In this document: positions 7,858 to 15,964 of the stretch, in pieces
Position numbering within the stretch: position 1 is the stretch's first letter
Layout of the letters: each line of letters opens with the position of its first letter
Source: Pseudomonadota bacterium
Lineage (GTDB): Bacteria > Bdellovibrionota_B > Oligoflexia > Oligoflexales > CAIYRB01
DNA: 64,000 nt
Assembly: GCA_031416315.1 (NCBI GenBank)
Contig: JANOTL010000201.1
Coordinates: forward strand, 15,685-79,684
Direction: 5' to 3'
The notes under the pieces: generated by a model
The model's database searches: none
The model's input: the letters and a program-made list of their open reading frames with translations, nothing else
Told to the model about the DNA's origin: nothing
Translations under genes and position numbers: made by a program

Positions 7858-10800
7858 TGGCCGAGGAAGCGGATCGTGGCGGTGCCAATATAGGTTCCGA
7901 GAGTGCCAGTATTGGCCGCCTGCCGGATCTGAATGTAATCGTTCTGATTTAATTTAATGAGGGTTTCCAAGCGTACTTTCCCGAGGGAAGGGGTCTGCTT
8001 GGAGACAAACCCTGTTGCGTTGTTGTTGAGCGTGAATTCCACCAAGTGGTTCGTCGTGCTACCGGATTGAAATTCAACATCTGCGGTGATCTCGTAATAG
8101 CCCGCCCGTGGAGCCACGAGCCTATCGGTGAAGGAAGCAGTGTTGTGGAAATCGTCAGTGTCGAAGCTTTCGGTCCCGAATAAAATAGGTGATGCCGTCG
8201 ACGTCGCAGCGACGCCCGAGGTCATGCCCACGGACGCGCCGAGGAACTTGCCGAGCTGCACGCCGTCGCTCACGACCTGGCCTTTCACAATCAAAGCCCC
8301 CTCTGCCTGCAGCGCCAGCATGCGAACCGGCGCTCCGACTGTATGTGGACTAGGTACAGTCCCGTTATACCCGCGGGAAAGGCCTGAAAAAGTCGAGCCT
8401 GACACGGTCGAGTAGTAAATCGCTTCGCCGTCGATCATCAAGATTCCGGCCGGAGGAAATCCGGTCCCTGATGCCAACGTCAGTGTGGCGATTGTGCTGT
8501 CCATCGCCACACTCAAAGTGGAGCCATCGGGGGGCGTCGCGCCGACCTTTGCTGTTCCAGCAACGTCAAGCTGCGCTGACGGCGAGGTCGTCCCGATGCC
8601 GACGTTCCCACTGGCCGCCGCAACCATGATGGGCGCGCCGCCTCCATCCTCGACTAGCAATCCGTAGTTCGATCCGCCTTTCACGTGCAGCCGCGCCATC
8701 GCCGAAGGAGCAGAGGTACCGATCCCGACGGCTCCGTTCGAGTCGATGACCATCCGCTCTGTCAGCGACGGGGTGCCGTTGGCTGCCGTGCTAAAACCTA
8801 ACTTCGATCCGGCGCTTCCACTACTGAATGCCTCAGTAGCCGTCGCGGTGATCTCAGCGCCGGTGTTGAAAGCCAAGCTGCCGCGGTACCCTGCGAACGA
8901 ATGACTACCGAGGACGTCGCCGCTTGCCGCCACAGCGCCTGCACTGCGACCTCGACGAAGCATCAAACTCGGCGCAACGGTGTTATCGATGCGCCCAATC
9001 GTCAAATCACCGCCCTCGACGTGCAAACGAGATTCGGGAGCGGTCGTTCCAATGCCGAAGTTGCCCGAACGATCGAGCACGGCCAGCGTCGACGCCGTAT
9101 TCCGAGCATCGACGTCGGTCTCGAACTTCAGCTTCGTGCCCGCGTTTGTGATCCGGAAGTTCTTCAGATCGGCGGCTTGGAACGTGTCGCTGAGAAGCAA
9201 TCCGGTACCAGCAGCGGTATCGCCGGTGATCGCGAAAGCCCCGAGAGGACTTGCCTCAATCGCCCCGTTCCCCGCTAAGACGAGCCGTGCAACGCTGTCC
9301 GTTTTGAGACTGAGCGAGTAGTTGCCCACGGTCCCCATGTACGAGTTGAGGCCGAAGAGAGTGTTAACGCCCGGTTTGCCGTTGAGTTGAGTCTGGATGT
9401 CGCTCGTCACAGCGCCGAGGTAGCCGAACTCGGCAGCGGAGACGGTGCCGTCGCCGATTTTGGTCGCGGCGATCGCTGCGGTCGCCGAAATGTCGTCGTT
9501 CGTGATGGTCAAGTCGAGAATTTTGGCCGTCGTGACCGCGTCGCTAGCAAGCTTCGCCGCCGTGACGTTCGAATCAAGAATCTTCACCGTCGTGACCGCG
9601 TCGCTAGCGAGTTTTGCCGCCGTGACGTTCGCATCAAGAATCTTCACCGTCGTGACCGCGTCGCTAGCGAGCTTCGCCGCCGTGACGTTCGCGTCGAGAA
9701 TCTTCACCGTCGTGACCGCGTCGGAGGCCAAGTCGATGGCGGCAACGCTCGAATCCGTGATTTCGGTGCTTCCGACGACCGCAAGTTCGGCCAAGGCGCC
9801 TAGCCCCAGGCTCGCGCGACCCGTCGCCGGAGTCAGGCCGGTCGCGCCGCCGTCCCACTTGAGCCGATCTGTATGAGCGGTATTCCAGTTCGCCGAGCTG
9901 TTCGTCAAGATGCCGTAAGTATTCGCCGCCGTCCGAACCATGATGCCGTCGGTCCCGAAATCCGCGTCCATCAACGCGCCCGTCGCCGTGACGCTCGACG
10001 TCGTCACGACGTTCGCGATGTCGACGGCCAGCGTGACGTCGCCGCTCAGCGCGCCGCCCGTGATCCCGGTGCCGTTGATGATGCCCGTCACATCGCCCGC
10101 GCCGGCCGGAGTCGCCCAGCTCATCACGCCGGCCGCGTTCGTCGTCAGATACTTGCCGTCCAGCGGCGCCGCGGGAAGTGTATACGAAACGTCAGCGGGC
10201 AAAGCAGCCGGCCCCTGCAGCGAAACGTAGTTCCGCGTCCCGGCCCCGTCATTGTCCCGGAATTTCACCGCGGCATCCGCGACGACTTTCGAGACCGTGA
10301 CCTCACCCGACGCGTCCCGCTGGACGATCGTTCCGACTGCGTTCGAAGTAGTCGCTCCAGCAACCGCAGTCACGGTGTTCGCAACTTCCAAGGCGCTCTT
10401 GCCGCCGACGTTGTCGGCGGTCGTCGCGTTCGCAGCCGTGGTCGCGTTCACCGCGGACGCCACCGCGCCCTGCGACTTGAGCTTGAGAAACCCATTGCTC
10501 CACTCGAAATCGTCAGAATGGATTGGCACGCGTAACGCCAATGGCATCATCGAATAACGCTGGCGCTTATAAGCGAAGCCATTCGTCACGTCCTTAACCT
10601 CGACCCAAACTTCTTGGGCGACGTCCGGGAAGATCAAGGCGAGGTCGAGATCGCTCAGCTCGGTGAAATCGACCTGAAAGAAACCGTCCGGCGTGTTGAT
10701 CTCGCGGACGATGGGGTCCGGCAAGATCGGGGCGCTGCCGGTCGCCGCGCGATAGAAGCGAAACTCCAGCTTCACCGTGCCCGTAAGCGGCTTATCGTCC

Positions 10801-10922
10801 GACTCGCCCAAGCGACCCGCGTAGGACAACGGCACTGGCGCAGCTTGCACGACGCTTCCGAAGAGCATGCCGGCGAGCGCCAACACCAAAACGGTGTGCT
10901 TGCAGCCAAGAGTTCTCGACAT
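7854..10922 (-). CDS. Secreted tail-fibre-like surface fibre/adhesin with a C-terminal C1q/TNF-like head (hypothetical)
   Basis: 1022 aa with a signal peptide (MSRTLGCKHTVLVLALAGMLFGSVVQA/AP). It has four 20-aa tandem repeats (DAVTTVKILDANVTAAKLAS) and three copies of a fibre-type motif (GNFGIGTTAPESRLHVEGG; GAVGIGTSAPSAMARLHVKGG; GNVGIGTTSPSAQLDVAGT). The terminal ~130 aa carry a G-Y-Y-E-I...V pattern reminiscent of C1q/BclA heads. Confidence 0.7.
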   Translation of the reverse strand: MSRTLGCKHTVLVLALAGMLFGSVVQAAPVPLSYAGRLGESDDKPLTGTVKLEFRFYRAATGSAPILPDPIVREINTPDGFFQVDFTELSDLDLALIFPDVAQEVWVEVKDVTNGFAYKRQRYSMMPLALRVPIHSDDFEWSNGFLKLKSQGAVASAVNATTAANATTADNVGGKSALEVANTVTAVAGATTSNAVGTIVQRDASGEVTVSKVVADAAVKFRDNDGAGTRNYVSLQGPAALPADVSYTLPAAPLDGKYLTTNAAGVMSWATPAGAGDVTGIINGTGITGGALSGDVTLAVDIANVVTTSSVTATGALMDADFGTDGIMVRTAANTYGILTNSSANWNTAHTDRLKWDGGATGLTPATGRASLGLGALAELAVVGSTEITDSSVAAIDLASDAVTTVKILDANVTAAKLASDAVTTVKILDANVTAAKLASDAVTTVKILDSNVTAAKLASDAVTTAKILDLTITNDDISATAAIAATKIGDGTVSAAEFGYLGAVTSDIQTQLNGKPGVNTLFGLNSYMGTVGNYSLSLKTDSVARLVLAGNGAIEASPLGAFAITGDTAAGTGLLLSDTFQAADLKNFRITNAGTKLKFETDVDARNTASTLAVLDRSGNFGIGTTAPESRLHVEGGDLTIGRIDNTVAPSLMLRRGRSAGAVAASGDVLGSHSFAGYRGSLAFNTGAEITATATEAFSSGSAGSKLGFSTAANGTPSLTERMVIDSNGAVGIGTSAPSAMARLHVKGGSNYGLLVEDGGGAPIMVAAASGNVGIGTTSPSAQLDVAGTAKVGATPPDGSTLSVAMDSTIATLTLASGTGFPPAGILMIDGEAIYYSTVSGSTFSGLSRGYNGTVPSPHTVGAPVRMLALQAEGALIVKGQVVSDGVQLGKFLGASVGMTSGVAATSTASPILFGTESFDTDDFHNTASFTDRLVAPRAGYYEITADVEFQSGSTTNHLVEFTLNNNATGFVSKQTPSLGKVRLETLIKLNQNDYIQIRQAANTGTLGTYIGTATIRFLGH
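9501..9725. repeat. In-frame tandem repeat, 60-bp unit, about 3.7 copies, inside the fibre gene
   Basis: The units 9531-9590, 9591-9650 and 9651-9710 are near-identical (cgtgaccgcgtcgctagc.ag.tt.gccgccgtgacgttcg..tc.agaatcttcaccgt). Partial copies flank them on both sides. Confidence 0.95.
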
Positions 10923-10941
10923 CGACCTGCTCCTACCTTCG

Positions 10942-11874
10942 TTATTCGCCCGGCGTGACGTATAGCGCCATCCCGGTCGAAATCTGCATCTTCGGACCCT
11001 GTACGCGCCACGGCGTCAGCTGCACGCCAAAGCCTTGGAAACCCTGCAGTCGCGCCGGCTCGCCTTCGCCGTAGCTCAGGAGCGCCGGCCCGCGCATCAT
11101 CGCCCGCACGATTTTCGCCTTCGGAGCCGGCTCGGCGCCCGTCTCGACCTCTTTCGGCGCTTCGGCGACGAGCTTCTCGGTGAATGCCGCCTGAAACGTC
11201 CCGAAGTAGCGCGTGTCGAACGACACTTTGCCATTTTCGATGGTGAGATCAGCGCGCGAGAACATGCCGCTGAACTCGCGTCCGAGCTCCGCTTTGAGGA
11301 CGCGATAGACTACGACAACGCGAGCATAAGGGTCGTCGCCGTCGTCGAGGCGCAGCCCGTTGCCTTCGCTCGGCAGATCCAAGGCCACCGTGAACGGCAC
11401 CGTCGCATCCTGCGAGACCGCGGATTGAATCGAGACCGCGGCGCTTGAGGCAGTGAACGTCGTTTGGATGCCGAGGATCTCGGCCGTGTTGCCGACGGCC
11501 AACTGCACGTCCGCCGGCTCCATGCTGATTTCCGTGTCGATCGCGAGCGCTCCCGGCGGAAACGAGATTTGCGTCCCGGCGATCGAGCTGCCGGCGGCCG
11601 CCGCGACGACCTGCGTCAAATTGCTTGCAGAGCTGACGGCACCCTTCGTCTTCTCGCCCTCGGTCGTCGTTGCGATCGCGACCGGGCTTCCGGCTTCCGG
11701 CGCGGGCTTCGTTGGCTCCGTGACGGCCGGCGCCGTTTCGATGACGGCGGCGTCTTTCGGCGCGCTTCCCGATTGCTTCAGAAACGCCGGACCCTTCATG
11801 CATGCAGTCACCTGCATCGCAGCGATGATCGCAGCGAGCCGGACTACGTTCGGGCTCTTGGTCCTAAACTTCAT
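10942..11874 (-). CDS. Hypothetical lipoprotein, first gene of the fibre operon
   Basis: The start at MKFRTKSPNVVRLAAIIAAMQVTAC gives a lipobox. The 5' 37 codons of the track ORF are unlikely to be coding. GGGAG lies 9 nt upstream of the ATG. The stop is 19 nt before the fibre gene start. Confidence 0.65.
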   Translation of the reverse strand: MKFRTKSPNVVRLAAIIAAMQVTACMKGPAFLKQSGSAPKDAAVIETAPAVTEPTKPAPEAGSPVAIATTTEGEKTKGAVSSASNLTQVVAAAAGSSIAGTQISFPPGALAIDTEISMEPADVQLAVGNTAEILGIQTTFTASSAAVSIQSAVSQDATVPFTVALDLPSEGNGLRLDDGDDPYARVVVVYRVLKAELGREFSGMFSRADLTIENGKVSFDTRYFGTFQAAFTEKLVAEAPKEVETGAEPAPKAKIVRAMMRGPALLSYGEGEPARLQGFQGFGVQLTPWRVQGPKMQISTGMALYVTPGE

Positions 11875-11993
11875 GCTTTGAGAAACTCCCTGATCTTTCG
11901 CTGAGATCGGAAATTCCCAAGGCAGCTTGAGGTCATCCCCTAAAAACCTAGAAATTCGGGGGGGCTTGGCGCGCAAATGAGCCATCGGCGGGA

Positions 11994-12009
11994 TGGCATC
12001 CTGCTTGCA
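11994..12009 (+). promoter_or_regulatory. Sigma-54 (RpoN) type -24/-12 promoter
   Basis: TGGCATcctgcTTGCA matches the consensus TGGCAC-N5-TTGCA in both conserved blocks (one mismatch, T for C in the -24 block) at the exact spacing. It ends 29 nt upstream of the 12039 ATG, which has an AGGAGG Shine-Dalgarno sequence at 12028-12033. Confidence 0.6.
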
Positions 12010-12038
12010 GAGCTACCCCTAAATCCCAGGAGGACCTC

Positions 12039-12239
12039 ATGGACGAGCTCTGGAACAACACCGAGGCGATGCTCACGTTCGACCCGACTTTGAGCGATCA
12101 CGCCGCGGCGGAGCTCGTTTCCAACATGTTTTTCTGCCCACACGTCGAAAGCATCGTCTTCGACCTCGAGATCCTGCTCGAGCTCGTGCGCGAAGTAAGA
12201 CGCCTCCACCCCGTAGCGCCGAACCGACAACTCGATTGA
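12039..12239 (+). CDS. Small acidic hypothetical protein (66 aa)
   Basis: A strong AGGAGG lies 5 nt upstream of the ATG. Third-position GC is high in this frame (gac gag ctc tgg aac aac acc gag gcg...), unlike the overlapping minus-strand 96-aa ORF. Confidence 0.6.
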   Translation: MDELWNNTEAMLTFDPTLSDHAAAELVSNMFFCPHVESIVFDLEILLELVREVRRLHPVAPNRQLD

Positions 12240-12283
12240 TCAGGTCTAAGGGTCAGGAGACTCCTCCGCCGAACGGCCGCCGC

Positions 12284-13147
12284 CTACGACTTCGGCGTCG
12301 CCAGTCCCGCTTCCTGGAGCGCCCCCGGCCACCCTTCCACCGAGAGCTCGGATCCCGCGTGCGAGGCTTGTGAGCGCGTCGCCAAGCGCAGCGCCCGCAT
12401 GACGTCCGCCGCGTCTTCCGCCCGACTCAGGAGGTATGTCAGATGGAGCCATCGCCGCTCGTTCCCTGGAGCTTGAAAGGTCGCTTCTACACTCCGACGG
12501 ACGCCGTCCGGACGCAAGCGCTCGATGGTCGTCGCATGCGGCAGCTGATCGCGCACGCCGCTCACGACGCGCCCGGGCGCCGCCACCGATTTGATCGAGA
12601 GCAAGAGCCCGTCGAGGATCAAGGCCCGCGCTTCGCGCTTCGGATCGCACGGCACCGTCAGATCGAGGCCGTAAGCGCGGCTCATGAGCTCGCCGAGCAC
12701 CATCGGCTTGCCGAAAGCCAAGGCCCCGAGCTTCGAATAAAGCTCCTCCGCCTCCGCCCCGGCTTCGTTCACCTGGCCGAAGATCAAGATATCGTCCTTG
12801 CCGTCTTTCTCAGCGCTCTCCCGCTCAAGCGTGACGCTGTCTGTTCCGTGACGCGCCAGGCGCCACGTTCCCTGCGGTAATGGCACCGCGAAATCGGGCT
12901 GCACCGCGAGCCATTGCATCGGCCCGACGGGCGCTTCGGCATCCGGCGAGCCTTGCGTTCCGGACAGCGGCAGCACCAGCGCCAACCGCGCTTTGTCGTC
13001 CGGCGTGCGCGCGACTTGCGCCTGGATGTCGGCGCGGAGCGCGCACACCGTCGCCTCGCGCCCAGGCACCGTCGCCAGCGAGAAGATCGTGAAAGCCACG
13101 AGGGTCACGACGATCGACAAAAGGGCTAAGCCGATCACCTTCACCAT
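12284..13147 (-). CDS. Hypothetical N-terminally membrane-anchored protein
   Basis: 287 aa with one N-terminal TM helix (MVKVIGLALLSIVVTLVAFTIFSLA). Codon bias looks coding. I do not recognise a family. Confidence 0.6.
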   Translation of the reverse strand: MVKVIGLALLSIVVTLVAFTIFSLATVPGREATVCALRADIQAQVARTPDDKARLALVLPLSGTQGSPDAEAPVGPMQWLAVQPDFAVPLPQGTWRLARHGTDSVTLERESAEKDGKDDILIFGQVNEAGAEAEELYSKLGALAFGKPMVLGELMSRAYGLDLTVPCDPKREARALILDGLLLSIKSVAAPGRVVSGVRDQLPHATTIERLRPDGVRRSVEATFQAPGNERRWLHLTYLLSRAEDAADVMRALRLATRSQASHAGSELSVEGWPGALQEAGLATPKS

Positions 13148-13246
13148 GCTGGTTTCACTCCTCTATCTCCATCAAAACATAGATATGGCGGCGTGACCAT
13201 CGGCGGGGCATATTTCCGAGCACTTGCACCTGAGGATCCTACGCGC

Positions 13247-13708
13247 ATGAACGAGTCCGATTTTTACAAGTCCATCGAGCGGTTCAATCAGATCTATCGC
13301 CTCCCGCTCCCGGAGCGTCCCGAGCTTCTGCCGGTCGAGCGCATCGAGAATTTCCAGGACATCCTCGCCGAAGAAGTCGAAGAAGGTGCCGACATCAGCG
13401 CGAAATACCGCGAGGCCCTCGCCGCCGCGAACGGCGCGCCCGTTCCCGACGACGTCCGCCTCGCCGTTTTGACCGACATGGCCGATTGGCTGGGCGACAT
13501 CGTCGTTTACTGCGCCAGCGAAGCCCGGCGGTGGGGCTTACCGCTCGACCGCGTGCTCAACATCATCATGGACTCGAACTTCTCGAAGCTCGACGCCGAG
13601 GGCCGCCCGATCTACGACGAGCGCGGCAAAGTGATGAAGGGCCCGCACTACTGGAAGCCCGAGCCGAAGATCCGCGAGGTGCTGGCGAGTGAGATCGTCG
13701 AGTCCTGA
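13247..13708 (+). CDS. MazG-like all-alpha nucleoside triphosphate pyrophosphohydrolase family protein
   Basis: The start is at MNESDFYKSIERFNQ. It has an E-x2-E-E motif (ILAEEVEEG) and a D-x2-D motif (DMADWLGDIVVY), typical of the MazG/HisE-like fold. Confidence 0.55.
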   Translation: MNESDFYKSIERFNQIYRLPLPERPELLPVERIENFQDILAEEVEEGADISAKYREALAAANGAPVPDDVRLAVLTDMADWLGDIVVYCASEARRWGLPLDRVLNIIMDSNFSKLDAEGRPIYDERGKVMKGPHYWKPEPKIREVLASEIVES

Positions 13709-13732
13709 GGGGCGAAAAGCTTGGCGCCCCCG

Positions 13733-14737
13733 ATGAACGACCGCAACGCTTGGTTCGGCGCCGTTCTCGCCACCACGCTGATGACCGTCGGCGCCGTCGT
13801 CGCGGCGCTGGGCGGTGGCCACGGCGGCCTTCCGCTCGTCGTCACCGCCCTCGTCCTGATCGGCTACGCCTTCCCGTACTCGGCGCTCACGTTCGGCCCC
13901 GCGGCGGACTCCTTGAAAGACGGCTTCGAGGATCGCTGGCGCAACGTCGCCCTCGGCGGCGTCTTCCTGTTCGCGCTCCACTTGGTCTATGCCGTCGGCA
14001 CCCAGACCTTCTCGCTCTCCGCCGCGGGCCGCCTCTTCGGATTCATCGCCGCGCCGATCGCCCTCGCCTTCGCCGCGCGCAACCGTGCCCGCCCGAGCTG
14101 GCTCGATCTCCTCGCCGTCGCCTGTGTCTGGCTCCCCTTCGACACCGGTCACCTCAAAGGCATCTGGGCCTGGCCCGCGGGCGACGGCGCCTACATTCTT
14201 AATACGGTCCTCGCCATCGACCTCGCGGCCCTCGTCTTCATCGGCGCGCGCGGCATCCGCGACGTCAAGCTCCGGTTTCATCTGAGCGGCGCGGACGCTC
14301 TTTTCGCACTCGGCATGCTCCTCGCGTTCATGGCCGTCGCCATCCCGTTCGGGCTCGCCACCGACTTCGTCCAATTCAACCCGCGCTTGGGCGACGCGGC
14401 GAAGCTGATCGGCACGCCGCTCGGCATCTTCTTCTTCATCGCCGTCCCCGAAGAGCTGCTCTTCCGCGGGCTCGTCCAAAACATCCTTGAGAAACGCCTG
14501 CGCCGCCCAAATCTGGCGCTCGGCCTCACCGCCGTCTTCTTCGGCCTCACCCACTTCAACAACACGCCGTCGCCCGACTGGCGTTACCTCCTTCTCGCCT
14601 CGATCGCCGGAGTCGTGTACGGCCTCACCTACCGCAAGACGAAAAGCCTCCTCGCCCCGGCGCTCGTGCATGCCGCCGTCGACACCATCTGGGTCCTTTT
14701 CCTGATGAATCCTGCAGTCCACGGAGGCGTCCGATGA
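13733..14737 (+). CDS. CPBP family intramembrane glutamic endopeptidase (CAAX protease-like)
   Basis: A polytopic protein with the three CPBP motifs: EELLFRG, FGLTHFNN and HAAVDTIW. The start is ATG 13733 or TTG 13721. Confidence 0.8.
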   Translation: MNDRNAWFGAVLATTLMTVGAVVAALGGGHGGLPLVVTALVLIGYAFPYSALTFGPAADSLKDGFEDRWRNVALGGVFLFALHLVYAVGTQTFSLSAAGRLFGFIAAPIALAFAARNRARPSWLDLLAVACVWLPFDTGHLKGIWAWPAGDGAYILNTVLAIDLAALVFIGARGIRDVKLRFHLSGADALFALGMLLAFMAVAIPFGLATDFVQFNPRLGDAAKLIGTPLGIFFFIAVPEELLFRGLVQNILEKRLRRPNLALGLTAVFFGLTHFNNTPSPDWRYLLLASIAGVVYGLTYRKTKSLLAPALVHAAVDTIWVLFLMNPAVHGGVR

Positions 14738-15861
14738 AACTCGAGACTCTGCTCGTCCACGGCCATAAAAGCGCGTCGTTCGAGGAAAAGGACGTTGCCC
14801 CCGCGCTCCATCTCAGCACCACCTTCGAGCGCGAGCGCGACGGCACTTACCCCGAAGGCTATTCCTACACGCGCCGCGAGAACCCGAACCGCTCGCAGCT
14901 CGAGGCCGCCCTCGCCGCGCTCGAAGGCGGCGCCGGCGCCGCTTGCTTCGCCTCCGGCTCCGCCGCCACCTCGGCCCTGTTCCAGGCGTTAAAATCCGGC
15001 GATCACGTGATCGCACCGAACGACGCGTACTACGGCACCGGCGTCATCATCCGCGACTTCGCGCGTTGGGGGCTCACCGCCGACTTCATCGACATGGCCG
15101 ATCTCACCGCCGTCGAGCGCGCGGTGAAGCCTGGGAAAACCGCGCTCGTCTGGGTCGAGACGCCCTCGAACCCGCAGATGCGCGTCACCGACTTAGCCGT
15201 CGTCGCGAAAATCGCGCACAAAGCCGGCGCGCTCGTCGTCGCCGACAACACCGTCGCGACGCCGATCCTCTGTCGCCCCTTCGCGTTCGACGTCGATTTC
15301 GCGATGCATTCCACGACGAAATACGTCTCGGGCCACTCCGACGTCCTCGGCGGTGCCGTCGTCGCCCGCGAAGCCTCGGCCACTTGGGAAAAGATCCGCG
15401 CGGCTCAGCATTTCGGCGGCGCCGTCGCCTCGCCCTTCGACTGTTGGCTCGCCCTCCGCGGCCTCCGCACCATGGCGCTGCGCGTTCGCGAGCAAAGCCG
15501 AAGCGCCTTGGCCCTCGCCCAGTTCTTGGCCACTCACCGCCACGTCGAGCGCGTCTACTACGCCGGCCTCCCCGAGCACCGCGGCCACGCGCTCGCGGCG
15601 AAGCAGATGACGGCCTTCGGCGGCCTCCTCTCTTTTACCGTGAAGGCGGGCAAGGAGGCCGCGTTCAAAGTCGCCGGCGCCGTGCGTCTTCTCACGCGCG
15701 CCACGAGCTTGGGCGGCATCGAGACCCTGATCGAGCACCGTGCCTCCATGGAAGGCCCCGGCACCAGCACGCCGGAAAACCTCCTGCGCGTCTCCGTCGG
15801 TCTCGAGCATGTCGACGATCTCATTCAGGATCTCGGCCAGGCTTTGGCTTCTCTCGACTAG
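14734..15861 (+). CDS. Cys/Met-metabolism PLP-dependent enzyme (cystathionine gamma-synthase/beta-lyase family)
   Basis: 375 aa containing the PLP-lysine motif HSTTKYVSGHSDVLGG and ETPSNP. Its start makes an ATGA overlap with the upstream CPBP gene. Confidence 0.88.
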   Translation: MKLETLLVHGHKSASFEEKDVAPALHLSTTFERERDGTYPEGYSYTRRENPNRSQLEAALAALEGGAGAACFASGSAATSALFQALKSGDHVIAPNDAYYGTGVIIRDFARWGLTADFIDMADLTAVERAVKPGKTALVWVETPSNPQMRVTDLAVVAKIAHKAGALVVADNTVATPILCRPFAFDVDFAMHSTTKYVSGHSDVLGGAVVAREASATWEKIRAAQHFGGAVASPFDCWLALRGLRTMALRVREQSRSALALAQFLATHRHVERVYYAGLPEHRGHALAAKQMTAFGGLLSFTVKAGKEAAFKVAGAVRLLTRATSLGGIETLIEHRASMEGPGTSTPENLLRVSVGLEHVDDLIQDLGQALASLD

Positions 15862-15922
15862 GCGCCGAAGGCCGCAAAAGCTAGGCAATCCTTGTCCAGC
15901 GCGGCTTTCGCGCCTCTCGGGC

Positions 15923-15942
15923 TATTCTATTAAAGAAGAATA
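15923..15942. promoter_or_regulatory. AT-rich inverted repeat TATTCT-N8-AGAATA upstream of the giant E/R-rich gene
   Basis: Read directly from the sequence. It is an isolated AT-rich island in a GC-rich intergenic region, 23 nt before the ATG at 15965. Its function is unknown. Confidence 0.3.
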
Positions 15943-15964
15943 CCCAGAGCACGAGGCCATTCCG

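Noticed and set aside
9501-9725. Regularly spaced 60-bp repeats, considered as a possible CRISPR-like array.
   Set aside because: The units are directly abutting with no unique spacers. They are in frame within a long ORF and encode a coherent 20-aa protein repeat.
11940-12230. 96-aa minus-strand ORF overlapping the 66-aa plus-strand ORF.
   Set aside because: It has no Shine-Dalgarno sequence and poor third-position GC in its frame. The plus-strand ORF has AGGAGG and a sigma-54-type promoter.
13538-14722. 394-aa minus-strand ORF opposite the CPBP protease gene.
   Set aside because: It gives an acidic/Arg-rich antisense product. The plus frame carries all three CPBP catalytic motifs.
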